IMG/VR virus record: IMGVR_UViG_3300037408_000403
Coordinates: 3,026-67,025 of that record
Reading direction: 5' to 3' (one strand)
DNA: 64,000 nucleotides
Source: a virus
Taxonomy: Duplodnaviria > Caudoviricetes
Positions 8,630 through 18,115 of this stretch are shown piece by piece. The notes below the pieces were generated by a model. That model saw nothing but the letters and a program-made list of their open reading frames with translations, ran no database searches and was not told where the DNA came from. Both the position numbers and the translations under genes were made by a program. The stretch's first letter is position 1. The number at the start of each line of letters is the position of its first letter.

Positions 8630-9459
8630 GCTGCTATTCTAAGTTTACGTTTATAGTTTGGTAAGAGTAGAAGGATAAGCCATAATGCTAACTCATACTT
8701 AGCCTCAAGGTAGTCATATATAGCTTGCTCATCTTCGGTATCATCAGCTACGCTCCTGAGAATGATCTCTTTAACATACATTTCAACAGGGAGTCCTCCT
8801 CCTCGTGCATTACCTATCGTAAAGCCACCCATGTTAGCGGAGCCAGATGTCCACGTTGTTGCGGTAGTTTCATTAATCTGAAACTTGCTTGAAGCCCCAT
8901 TAAATAATACTCTGACAATAACCCAGGTTTCTAATGGCATATTGGTGTTCTCTGAAGAGTATGTCCCGGCAGATGCCCTAAGATTAGGTGAGGAGTCGTT
9001 CTGTCTTATTCTCCCGTCTCCTGCCCCGCCATCAATCATTGTATTTACTGCAGTCCAGTCCTCTTGCGTACAAACCATGTATATCATTTCTGGCTGAACA
9101 TAGGTAAATGTAGCCTTGAGCCCGGAGTTTCCATAATATCTATCAATACAGTGTACTACCCCACCACTATATACTGGTCCTTCTCCCGAATTTAGGGGAA
9201 GCAAGTCTCTGCCACTCCCGAGGTAATCTTCCCATTCAGTGATCACATCAGTACCCGAGTCATCAAAGGTGGTTATTGTTGATTCTTCATCAGCTATATA
9301 CCACCCTACCGTATATCCATCAGAGGAAAGAAATGATGGCGGCTCTGCGCTGCCTCCACTACCTGCAGAAGTAGGCGCATAAAATGGATATCTCTGTATC
9401 TGCGCATTAAGAGGCGCAATAAGAAGGAGCAGAAACGTTAATAGCAAAAGTCTTTTCAT
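8626..9459 (-). CDS. Signal-peptide protein with a LamG/concanavalin-like domain
   Basis: Start chosen at MKRLLLL (TGATG overlap with upstream stop); LNA|Q cleavage; ends IYDYLEAKY followed by a hydrophobic-basic tail. Confidence 0.65.
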   Translation of the reverse strand: MKRLLLLTFLLLLIAPLNAQIQRYPFYAPTSAGSGGSAEPPSFLSSDGYTVGWYIADEESTITTFDDSGTDVITEWEDYLGSGRDLLPLNSGEGPVYSGGVVHCIDRYYGNSGLKATFTYVQPEMIYMVCTQEDWTAVNTMIDGGAGDGRIRQNDSSPNLRASAGTYSSENTNMPLETWVIVRVLFNGASSKFQINETTATTWTSGSANMGGFTIGNARGGGLPVEMYVKEIILRSVADDTEDEQAIYDYLEAKYELALWLILLLLPNYKRKLRIAA

Positions 9460-10595
9460 CAGTATTTTGGTATTTTGTAACCTGATAATTGTATAATTAA
9501 CATCTTTGGTTTTCGTCCGATAACTACTCCTGGCGATTTTGCAAATACCCACACTCCAGGTGGTATCTTGGTATTGGCAAAAGATGTGTCTATTGTTCCA
9601 GTTGTTACAGAATTAATACCAAGTGGATCTGTGTTGAGCTTTATGGCACCATTTCCGGTGACGTTTATGCTATCGTTCCAGTACACCTGGATAGAAAGAG
9701 TATCAGTTCCAAGTGGTGTAGTTCCAGCAACCATCACAGCTCGCAACTCTGTCACTCGCAATGAGTCGCTGCCAGAGTTGTAGAAAGATCCATAAATTGT
9801 AGATGTAGTAAAAGAGGCAGTATCAGATTCGTTCCCTCCTCCAGCACCAAATACAAATAATGGGATAGTATCAGCAAATACCGGGGCATAATCCTTAATT
9901 AGCTCTACTCCCGACAGCCTTGGCAGGTAATTGCCCTCTGCTGTCCCAGTGCTATCACCGAGAGCAATGCCATATTCTGCTGTTGCAATATAAGCATCAA
10001 TACTATCTGCAATATTCTGAGTTGTTGCGACAATGCCTGTCCCATTAATGGTAGGAGCATTTGTTACCTCAAGATTAGTAAACCACCCCTTAGCAACCCT
10101 GTTCGTGGTATTGGCTATCGAACCAGTAAGAGTAAGACTGTTTGCTCCAAGTGCAACAGAACCGGTTGCCCCTGTATATGGGACGTATGCTTGAGAGGTG
10201 AAATATCTTGTTGCGTAAACGGCAGAATCTACAACGCCAGCCTCTATCTCTCCTATCTCAGTATCAACATAATATCTCGTTGCAAAGACAGCACTGTCCG
10301 CCTCTCCACTGCCACCCGTCCCGATGTCGGCTCTTAGTGCTGGAATAGAATCTTCTAATGCCAGAATCCTAAGAAGATGTGCAGCAAGCGAGTCAGCCTG
10401 ACTTTCTATAAAACTATAATTGAGATTTGTTGACAAACGCAGACTTGCAAGTGAGTCGTAGGTCTGAGTCATATTTGTATTTATAATTCCTCTTGCAGCC
10501 CCCCATGTACCACCTGCTCCAATCTGTGTAGGCTCCTGTGCATATAATCCTACTGAAAGTAGGATGATGCTGAATATGGTTACTATTTTTTTCAT
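9459..10595 (-). CDS. Signal-peptide fibre-like protein (coiled-coil N-part, beta-rich C-terminal head)
   Basis: MKKIVTIFSIILLSVGLYA|Q; coiled coil; repeated DSAV(F/Y)ATRY; YVPYTGAT motif. Confidence 0.65.
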   Translation of the reverse strand: MKKIVTIFSIILLSVGLYAQEPTQIGAGGTWGAARGIINTNMTQTYDSLASLRLSTNLNYSFIESQADSLAAHLLRILALEDSIPALRADIGTGGSGEADSAVFATRYYVDTEIGEIEAGVVDSAVYATRYFTSQAYVPYTGATGSVALGANSLTLTGSIANTTNRVAKGWFTNLEVTNAPTINGTGIVATTQNIADSIDAYIATAEYGIALGDSTGTAEGNYLPRLSGVELIKDYAPVFADTIPLFVFGAGGGNESDTASFTTSTIYGSFYNSGSDSLRVTELRAVMVAGTTPLGTDTLSIQVYWNDSINVTGNGAIKLNTDPLGINSVTTGTIDTSFANTKIPPGVWVFAKSPGVVIGRKPKMLIIQLSGYKIPKY

Positions 10596-10873
10596 ATCAT
10601 TGCTTCAATTAATTTTTCGATTATTTTATATCCGAAGATCATCATCCAGCCCCCACGAATTGTACAAAAGAAATCATACCACTCTGGCGTTCCCTTGTGT
10701 AACCACTTGTCCCATACAAGCTCTTTCCCTGCACCAATTATAAATACCGCAAGACAAGCTACCCCTACACCATAATTATATGGGTCTCCTTTAGCAAATA
10801 GAGTAAATGCAAGAAGAACAATAAATGCGATTGTCGCACCTGCAATGTCATGGAGTTTGTAGTCTCTTCTCAT
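10592..10873 (-). CDS. Small membrane protein
   Basis: LHDIAGATIAF...GAGKELVWD hydrophobic helices; ATG at 10873 directly follows the upstream stop. Confidence 0.6.
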   Translation of the reverse strand: MRRDYKLHDIAGATIAFIVLLAFTLFAKGDPYNYGVGVACLAVFIIGAGKELVWDKWLHKGTPEWYDFFCTIRGGWMMIFGYKIIEKLIEAMI

Positions 10874-10874
10874 T

Positions 10875-12713
10875 TTAATTAGCTGATAAGGTAACAAGGT
10901 ATATACTATTTGCGGTTGCATTTTCATTTATTGCAACCTGAATGTTGTTTGGTGAAGCTAAGTTGAAGTTTTCTATAACTCCAGAATATACAGTTCCTAA
11001 TATTTCCAGTGGTGATCCCAATACAACAGATCGTATAAGTATATTTAAGTCTACTATTCCAATCATATTGGTACTAAAACTAAAATTTAATAAATTTGAA
11101 CCTACCTCAATATCTCCACTAACCAGAGAAAAATCGCCAACGGACGGGGTGCCTTCTACTATAACATTGGTTTTAGTATATGTCTGTACTGTATTATATG
11201 TATCACCATCATAAGAAGTTTCAAGTGCTACATTAATAATAAGTGTAATCGGATCAAAAAATCCAGTTCCTTCTACTGATCCAATTATGTTATCTCCAAA
11301 CCTATAATTTTGCAGAGGAACTGTTACGACATTACTTCCATCATCTGAAATAATAAACTGCACTACATTAGGGGGAGTGGCACCCGGCCAATCCCAGTAA
11401 TTATCCCATAAAATAGCTCCACCATAAGACTCATCTTTTATAAATGTACCAGTATACAATCCATCCCCCTCCTCATATACTGTCCATGATCCAACGAAGT
11501 TTTCTATATAAATTTCTGACCCAATTCGATTATCCTTCATATATCCTGAATCCATAAATAAACCCCAGTACTCCGCCCATAACTTAAAAAACCTATTAAG
11601 AATAACTTTCTCTGCTTCAGTAATGACCTCGCCATCTTTCAATATGCCTATCGCTGAAACATCATACGGTTCAAAATCTGCGTACTTAATGAATGTTCGC
11701 ATCGTCTCACTAATAATAAGATCAGCATGAGTCTTTTGCTGAAGAACCCCAGCGCCATTAAACCACCAATCGTCAGTGCCGTCTGCGGCAAGATAGGTTG
11801 CATTATTTAGTACAGCAAATGTTGCCCCTGTTGTAGGAGGAATGGCCTTACTTACCCAATCCTTGTCAATTACAGATATAATATCATAGTGATCCTCAAA
11901 CACATAACTCCAATCGTTTTCATAAGCACATAGCGCCCCAGATGTAGCATCTTCCCATTCGGTGTCATCAGTAATCTCTGGAATGGGGTCTCCGTTTTTA
12001 TAATGTGTTACAGCAAGATTCTGAACAGTCCATATTTGTGTTCCTATCTGAACGGTATCATATAAATTTCCATCATAATCTACCATCTGCTCCCCGGAAG
12101 TCCAACCTACTGCTGAATCCCTCACAAGACGAACTGATAAACCAAAATATGGCCTTGCGCCCGGATATACCTCTAACACTGAGGTATTATATTCGCTATC
12201 GGGACCACCATAAGCTGGACTATATATCATCCAATACCTATTCAAAGCATAAACAGTAGTTGTCCAAAATTGTCCACTCGTTCCGTAAAGCTCAAAGGAT
12301 GACCCAATATCTTCAGTGTAACCGGGTCTCCATGACGATCCAAGAAAGGTGAATCCGCTACTATTATTTGCGTCAAGATTCCATAGCCAGTGATTGGTTC
12401 CAACCTCTTTTACAGCTTTTGCGGCAAGTTCCTCGCCCCCAAGAAAGGCAATTAATGTATCACACTCAGTTTTTGAAGGGATATGCCATCCATCCGGAAC
12501 TAAACCTCGAACATCCGATGTGGCGTACCAATTATAAAATAATCCATTTCCCGAACGAGGAGTATTTATGTCTGATTTTAAGTTGTCTCCATCATACTGA
12601 CCTGTCCAGAGGAAGAGGAACTTATTCTGCAGGGACGGTGGCAGCCCCATCATCGGGCCTCCCCTGGAACCGAGCTTATTGAAATTGCGCCCTATGTTGT
12701 TAACCGAGAACAT
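10875..12713 (-). CDS. Mosaic structural/adhesin protein with an inserted circularly permuted FISUMP domain
   Basis: GLFYNW...VPDGWHIPS...LSVRLVRD precedes DGNLYDTVQIGTQIWTVQNL. Confidence 0.75.
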   Translation of the reverse strand: MFSVNNIGRNFNKLGSRGGPMMGLPPSLQNKFLFLWTGQYDGDNLKSDINTPRSGNGLFYNWYATSDVRGLVPDGWHIPSKTECDTLIAFLGGEELAAKAVKEVGTNHWLWNLDANNSSGFTFLGSSWRPGYTEDIGSSFELYGTSGQFWTTTVYALNRYWMIYSPAYGGPDSEYNTSVLEVYPGARPYFGLSVRLVRDSAVGWTSGEQMVDYDGNLYDTVQIGTQIWTVQNLAVTHYKNGDPIPEITDDTEWEDATSGALCAYENDWSYVFEDHYDIISVIDKDWVSKAIPPTTGATFAVLNNATYLAADGTDDWWFNGAGVLQQKTHADLIISETMRTFIKYADFEPYDVSAIGILKDGEVITEAEKVILNRFFKLWAEYWGLFMDSGYMKDNRIGSEIYIENFVGSWTVYEEGDGLYTGTFIKDESYGGAILWDNYWDWPGATPPNVVQFIISDDGSNVVTVPLQNYRFGDNIIGSVEGTGFFDPITLIINVALETSYDGDTYNTVQTYTKTNVIVEGTPSVGDFSLVSGDIEVGSNLLNFSFSTNMIGIVDLNILIRSVVLGSPLEILGTVYSGVIENFNLASPNNIQVAINENATANSIYLVTLSAN

Positions 12714-13009
12714 CAGCCAAGTTTTGTGATGTTCAGTACACCATCAAGCACAGAGATAACATGACCGTAGCTCACGCCAATGATCTCTACCTGGCCTACA
12801 CCCATATAGGTGCTGTCTGCCTCTGCCACAGCCTCATCTCCTACTGCAACCCTTACTCCATCGCCTGTTGCAGATACAACCGCTAAACGGTACACCCCTG
12901 CTTCCAGTGCTGTCGTTTCAGCATGTGCAGAGGTTCCATCTATGTCCTGGCTTGCTCCTAAAGGCAGAACCGGGATAGGTTTTCCGTTTTCATCTACTGG
13001 CATTTTCAT
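12713..13009 (-). CDS. Small beta-rich virion protein
   Basis: MKMPVDENG start; beta-sandwich-like pattern; coupled to the downstream gene. Confidence 0.55.
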   Translation of the reverse strand: MKMPVDENGKPIPVLPLGASQDIDGTSAHAETTALEAGVYRLAVVSATGDGVRVAVGDEAVAEADSTYMGVGQVEIIGVSYGHVISVLDGVLNITKLG

Positions 13010-13037
13010 ATTATATCGTATTAATGTTGTTACTATT

Positions 13038-15713
13038 CTATGTGTTTGAAAGTCTGCATCTATGGTCAATAAATCCAAATGTGCTTATATCAAAAGCTCC
13101 AACTGCCACAGAAGCGTCATGTTCAATGGTAGAAGTTGAGCTTACTCGTAATTCAAAGTGTCCTGCACTGGCTCCTGTGGCTAAGTCCCAGTAACCAAGT
13201 GAGGCGATGCCGGTTCCAATGGCAGGAGTGACGTTCTCCTCTACTATCTCAGAGAATACAATAGCGGAGTTTGCATTAACAGATGTGCTCATGTCTGCCG
13301 TTGCCCTGAATCTTGCGATAGAGTTTGGCGGTGCCGTCAGGGTAACTGCTGTGGCAGTAGCAGTCTTGCTGGCCGCAACATCATTCACCTGAGTAACCCA
13401 AGTAAAATGATCATCAACCTGAACGAACTGCTTTATCCCTGCTGCTCCTGCATCTGTCCTTATCCAACCTATACGCCTGTATTTTGTATAATTAGCTGGC
13501 AGAGTAGTTCTGTTTGCCGTTGTTGAAAACATAACATCAACAACACCGGTATCGGTCCTCTTAATCAGGATAACCTCATACCACGTTGATGCTGCAACAG
13601 ACCCAGTATTCAATCCTCCTTGATCTGTGCCTACTGCCCACGCAGCATCCAGTCTCTTGGTGATAGCTGATGCTAATACCATATCTGCAGTGCCGGCTTC
13701 ATCTCTTGCTTCGCCAGCCGCTATTGTGATGTCATTTACAGTATCAGCGGCATTGGACATTGTAAGGCCCCATATATGGCCTCTGGTAAACTTATTTGTT
13801 TCCATTACCGCCCCTGCTGCGGCTACATTGGTGGCATCTGTGACATCGGCTGCGGCTTCTATGCCTGCCAGCTTTGAAGAGTCAGCATCAGTGTAGTTAT
13901 TTTCTGTCTTAACGTATGTTGTGCCATCGGCAATGTCATCCATGTCTCCTGAGAATGACCCTCCGGCATCGGCCCATTCAAGAAGATTAGTTGAGTTATT
14001 CCATTTGAGGTACTTATCTGCATTAGGATCAGCAGGGAAAACGGCATCTGCCCCTCCAACTGCATGTCTGCTTGCATGTACTAAGGCAGCTTTCTCTGTG
14101 TCGAGCTCCTCGATGGCAGCCTGGACATTAGTTGAGGATATGTCCCCTGCCACCGCAAACGTCACCTGGCTTGCTGCAAGGCTCGGGGTACCTCCACCAG
14201 GGACCGGACTGGTAGAACGGTAGTCTATTATCTCCTGAAGCTGACCGTCACCCTTATAAATGAAACAATAGATGAGCTTATACTCTGAGTTGATATTAGT
14301 GCCTATCGTAACAGGTGCGGCCTCATTTCTTGCCTCAATAATTGTATTATAGGCTGTTGACCTATGTGTCGGAATGATGTATATGGGAGTGGAGATATCG
14401 AGGCTTGCATAAACCCACATACGCACAAAGTCTGAAGCAGCCACGTTCTTCAATGTATAATCATCGGTATCGAGCCATTGTGGCTGACCGGCTGTTCCAA
14501 CATAAGGAAGAGAATAGTTTGCAAATGTATATTGGTTTGAAGCTGTTTTCCTCCATCCCCTCATTGTAGTGCACTGGCCTATTTCGTAATCTATATCTTC
14601 ATCATGGAAGAAGCCTGTCTCTACCTGGAGCAAACCGTCAGATGCGGTAGTGGGGTATGTTAATTGGGCCCCGGACTCGAACCTTGTGCCAATAGTATCG
14701 TGCGCCCACAGATGCCAGTCAATATCTCTCTGATGTCCGTGACACTCTAACTGACAAGCTCCTGACGTTCCGTTCCAGAATACAGTGGCAACAAAGACAT
14801 TGTTGCGGAAGTTCCAGGGAGAGTCCGACCAGTAAAGTTTACCGGTAGCATCTTTGAAATAAAAGAAATATAGGGTGTTTGCCGTAATTGTGTTAGCTGA
14901 ATTATCCCTGTCTGCCGTAAGATCGAGGTCGCATGTGATTGTCTCTGCCGTGCTGAATCTTACTCCCTGGTACCAGTATGCAATAGCTGTAATCGAAAGC
15001 CTTTTGTCTCCATCGCTCCATGATAATGGCGCATAAGATTCAATGCCATGAAAAGGCTTCTTGCCTGAGATGAGGTTTGTGATATCTGTCAGGTCGCTTA
15101 CATCTTCGGGGATAGCCTGGTTATCGCTACCCGGGGCATGCAGATCTGCAAGAAGAGCATCAGTAAGATTATTCTCTGTCTTAACGTAGGTGAGGCCATC
15201 AACAACATCATCCATATTAACCTGCCCGTGATCATGCACGATTGGAGCATAAGTCTCGTCATGGTCGTGAGCAATAGCGGCATAAGCCTCATCGTGATTA
15301 TGAGCTATGGGCGCATAGGCTTCATCATGATTATGGTCCGCAGCAGCCATCTCCGAGAGAGCTACATCACCAAGATAGATCTCCTCAAGGTCATTGGGGT
15401 TCTCCAGGTACTCAATGACCTCCGGGAGATACTGTTCAATAGGATGGTACTGCATGACCTTATCTGCAGTGACATCTATCTCAATAGTCTGTAAGGGAGC
15501 GACCTCTAACTCTGTGCTATTTACCGGTCCTTCAAAGCTGATGGCAGCATCTTCCGGTAGCACGAAGTCAATATCAGGGGCGTTTGCCAGGGGCTCAACA
15601 GAAAGAGCAGGACCTCCGGCAAGGACGATGTCTATGCCGGTAGGCCTGTTAACTCCTTCAATGAATATCTCAGGACTAACCTTCTGACTGATATCTATCT
15701 GAGCCCTGTTCAC
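13038..15713 (-). CDS. Tail fibre-like protein
   Basis: His-rich tandem repeats (HNHDEAYA), duplicated MDD..DG.TYVKTENN.TDA, NVQAAIEEL and IEAAADVTD fibre motifs. Confidence 0.7.
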   Translation of the reverse strand: MNRAQIDISQKVSPEIFIEGVNRPTGIDIVLAGGPALSVEPLANAPDIDFVLPEDAAISFEGPVNSTELEVAPLQTIEIDVTADKVMQYHPIEQYLPEVIEYLENPNDLEEIYLGDVALSEMAAADHNHDEAYAPIAHNHDEAYAAIAHDHDETYAPIVHDHGQVNMDDVVDGLTYVKTENNLTDALLADLHAPGSDNQAIPEDVSDLTDITNLISGKKPFHGIESYAPLSWSDGDKRLSITAIAYWYQGVRFSTAETITCDLDLTADRDNSANTITANTLYFFYFKDATGKLYWSDSPWNFRNNVFVATVFWNGTSGACQLECHGHQRDIDWHLWAHDTIGTRFESGAQLTYPTTASDGLLQVETGFFHDEDIDYEIGQCTTMRGWRKTASNQYTFANYSLPYVGTAGQPQWLDTDDYTLKNVAASDFVRMWVYASLDISTPIYIIPTHRSTAYNTIIEARNEAAPVTIGTNINSEYKLIYCFIYKGDGQLQEIIDYRSTSPVPGGGTPSLAASQVTFAVAGDISSTNVQAAIEELDTEKAALVHASRHAVGGADAVFPADPNADKYLKWNNSTNLLEWADAGGSFSGDMDDIADGTTYVKTENNYTDADSSKLAGIEAAADVTDATNVAAAGAVMETNKFTRGHIWGLTMSNAADTVNDITIAAGEARDEAGTADMVLASAITKRLDAAWAVGTDQGGLNTGSVAASTWYEVILIKRTDTGVVDVMFSTTANRTTLPANYTKYRRIGWIRTDAGAAGIKQFVQVDDHFTWVTQVNDVAASKTATATAVTLTAPPNSIARFRATADMSTSVNANSAIVFSEIVEENVTPAIGTGIASLGYWDLATGASAGHFELRVSSTSTIEHDASVAVGAFDISTFGFIDHRCRLSNT

Positions 15714-15719
15714 CGTGCT

Positions 15720-16130
15720 TTACGTTTTCGAGGCTACTATCTCATGAAACTTGCCCTTCTGCTTGAGGATATATACATTATCCGGGCACTCGACATCAGG
15801 AATATGAACATCAACCTGTATCATGTTGGTGTTTCCCTCTGCTGCCATTGTCTGTGCCGATGTAAGGATAAGTTGCACCCTCATGTCGCTACCATCTCCC
15901 TCCACATCCTTCACATCCATCTGCGTCCATGCCGGTATAGCGGCAGGATCAGGATCAGTGACAAGGTAAAACCGGGCGATGATGGTGCCAGTGATGGCAT
16001 TATAGATGACAACCAGCACTTCCTCTACCTCAATAGGACTAATATCCTGAGAAGGGTCGAGCTGGTTGCCCTCTGAATCAAGAACTCGAAGCAAGTATTT
16101 GGGAGTAGATCCCGCCAGGATAGCTGCCAT
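15720..16130 (-). CDS. Putative fibre-attachment/structural protein
   Basis: Beta-sandwich-like ORF directly upstream of the fibre gene. Confidence 0.5.
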   Translation of the reverse strand: MAAILAGSTPKYLLRVLDSEGNQLDPSQDISPIEVEEVLVVIYNAITGTIIARFYLVTDPDPAAIPAWTQMDVKDVEGDGSDMRVQLILTSAQTMAAEGNTNMIQVDVHIPDVECPDNVYILKQKGKFHEIVASKT

Positions 16131-16142
16131 CCGAGTTCACCT

Positions 16143-16907
16143 TTAGAATGTTTCGATGTATGTTACAAACACCTCTACCTTACCTGTCGTGAGGTTAGCC
16201 CAGAACACATTAGGAGTAGCAGCAACATATACACTGCTTGCCGCAGCCGCAGGAGCAACTGTCATAGCATGGTCAGCAGCCATGTATGTAATTGCATCAG
16301 CAGCCTTAATGGTTCCGCTTCCTATAAACTCATGTCCGCTTGACGAGTTACCGGTCTCTGCTGCAAGGGTAAGAGTTGCTGTAACAGTTCCACCTGTGTC
16401 AGCTACCTCAGTTATGTCAGCATGAGTAAGAGGCACTGTAAAGGTCGTAACCCCGGTAACGGTAGCTGTAAATGATCCGTTAAGATGAGGCTCGGTAAAT
16501 CCTGCAAGGGTAACAGTGACTCCGCTTACGAGCCCGTGATTTGCACCTGTGGTTATGGTAGCCACGTTGGAGGTCAAAGAGACCAGTGCCGATGCCACTG
16601 CTTTTGAATTGAATACTGCTGATGTTTTTGTCTTTACATCTATTACCCTTGCAAAGGCAGGGATAATTGCTCCCAGGTTAATAACCTGTTCTGATGCGTT
16701 TCCCGCAGTTGCGAAGTTGAAGTCACAACCGGCAACGCCAACACCACCGATAATTTTCTTTACCGTCTTGATGTTTGAGAAGGGGATGTCGTTCTGTGTG
16801 AACTGTGTGGCATTTACTCCGAGCTTCTGCTCTGTCCCGTGAACACGAGACTTGAGAATGAGCTGAGGCACTGCCATTGCGATGCGTAAAATCTGACCTA
16901 TCTGCAT
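16143..16907 (-). CDS. Structural (head decoration-like) protein with an inserted FCCH-like beta domain
   Basis: ATITTGANHGLVSGVTVTLAG...LNGSFTATVTGVTTFT segment in the middle of the ORF. Confidence 0.55.
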   Translation of the reverse strand: MQIGQILRIAMAVPQLILKSRVHGTEQKLGVNATQFTQNDIPFSNIKTVKKIIGGVGVAGCDFNFATAGNASEQVINLGAIIPAFARVIDVKTKTSAVFNSKAVASALVSLTSNVATITTGANHGLVSGVTVTLAGFTEPHLNGSFTATVTGVTTFTVPLTHADITEVADTGGTVTATLTLAAETGNSSSGHEFIGSGTIKAADAITYMAADHAMTVAPAAAASSVYVAATPNVFWANLTTGKVEVFVTYIETF

Positions 16908-16938
16908 TTCCTTAACATTTAATTGTTATTACTATTAT

Positions 16939-17571
16939 TTAAAGCACCCATGCAGAGACAGCAGAGGAGAACTGCTCCATTGCCATCTTTGCCCTGTCAC
17001 CATATCCTGACACAGCCAGCACCTTAGCGGCACACAACCATGTCATAGCATCTGACAACAGGTCTGCAATATCTTCAGGCTGATCGTTCTTGACGTACAA
17101 AGCAATAGGTGTGAGGGTACCAGCTCCAGGATCTACTACCTTAGAACACTCGAGGTAATAGTCAAGGGTGCCTCCTATTGATGTCTGTACAAGGGCAACT
17201 GATGGCCTACCATAGCCGCCTTTCAGGAACTCGTTCTCCTGTATCTTGTAATTGGGGTTCTGTGCTGAGATAGCCTCTCTCACTGATTTCTTCCATAATG
17301 GATATTTGATCTCATAGAGGCGAACAAAGTCCGAGGGCACCGGTATATAAGACTTGTCATCAGCATATCTGACAAGGCTTGCCGGAGGGCTCTCGGAGGT
17401 AAGGGGTATTGCCGTAGGGGATAACAGGTGCAGGGGTGCCTTCTCGAGGACCTCCCTGGCACTTTCATCGAGCAGTGGTCCAACGTACTCATCAAGGGGG
17501 ATGTTCACCCCCTCCGGGGTGAACTCATCCATCTTGATCTTTACGATATTTATGAGAGCACTGCGGTCCAT
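16939..17571 (-). CDS. Putative head-tail adaptor (P22 gp4/T7 gp11-like position)
   Basis: Size, position after the capsid genes, VPSDFVRL motif, helical C-terminus. Confidence 0.55.
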   Translation of the reverse strand: MDRSALINIVKIKMDEFTPEGVNIPLDEYVGPLLDESAREVLEKAPLHLLSPTAIPLTSESPPASLVRYADDKSYIPVPSDFVRLYEIKYPLWKKSVREAISAQNPNYKIQENEFLKGGYGRPSVALVQTSIGGTLDYYLECSKVVDPGAGTLTPIALYVKNDQPEDIADLLSDAMTWLCAAKVLAVSGYGDRAKMAMEQFSSAVSAWVL

Positions 17572-17573
17572 GC

Positions 17574-18047
17574 TTACGGCAGGTCAGGGAATTTCACCTT
17601 ATTGGCTTCTGCCTGTTTTTTTACTGCCGCACCATTGGGCATCTTTGAGAGAGCTATCCCGAAGGTGTCAGCCATGTACTGCTTTGCAGCCTGTACGGTG
17701 GTGATGCCAGGGACGGAGGTAAAGGGCTTAACCTCTGCCTGTTTTTCTTCTGGTACCTCTGTTACCTCGGGCTTGGGGGCCGGGGCTTCCTTTATTACTA
17801 AAGGCTTTGGATCTTCTATGACAGGGCTTTCAATTTCTTCTGAATGAATACACTTGAATGATTTTCCGTTTCCGCTATCCATATCCATTGCGGCTATAAG
17901 CTCCTGGTTGTCGGTATTAAATTTGCCGAAAGTTCGGGGCTGTAAGCTGCCGCCTCTGAACTGGACCAATACTTTCTGTCCGTTCACCACGACATAAGTG
18001 TCTAATTGGATGTACTGGATAGATTGATAGGTTTTTCTGAGTGCCAT
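17574..18047 (-). CDS. Hypothetical capsid-associated protein
   Basis: Follows the MCP; Pro/Glu-rich linker and a small C-terminal domain. Confidence 0.55.
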   Translation of the reverse strand: MALRKTYQSIQYIQLDTYVVVNGQKVLVQFRGGSLQPRTFGKFNTDNQELIAAMDMDSGNGKSFKCIHSEEIESPVIEDPKPLVIKEAPAPKPEVTEVPEEKQAEVKPFTSVPGITTVQAAKQYMADTFGIALSKMPNGAAVKKQAEANKVKFPDLP

Positions 18048-18078
18048 GATTTCTTGTATTATTGGTTTATAAGCACTA

Positions 18079-18103
18079 AGGGAGGGGCACTATGCCCCTC
18101 CCT
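18079..18103 (-). other. 11-bp GC-rich hairpin after the major capsid gene (mRNA stabiliser or weak terminator)
   Basis: AGGGAGGGGCA-CTA-TGCCCCTCCCT with no U-tract on the minus strand. Confidence 0.7.
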
Positions 18104-18115
18104 GTGCCTTAATGG

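Noticed and set aside
1759-12713. Diversity-generating retroelement acting on the FISUMP domains
   Set aside because: No reverse transcriptase ORF and no near-identical TR/VR pair seen; the two FISUMP copies are too divergent. It cannot be excluded outside the window.
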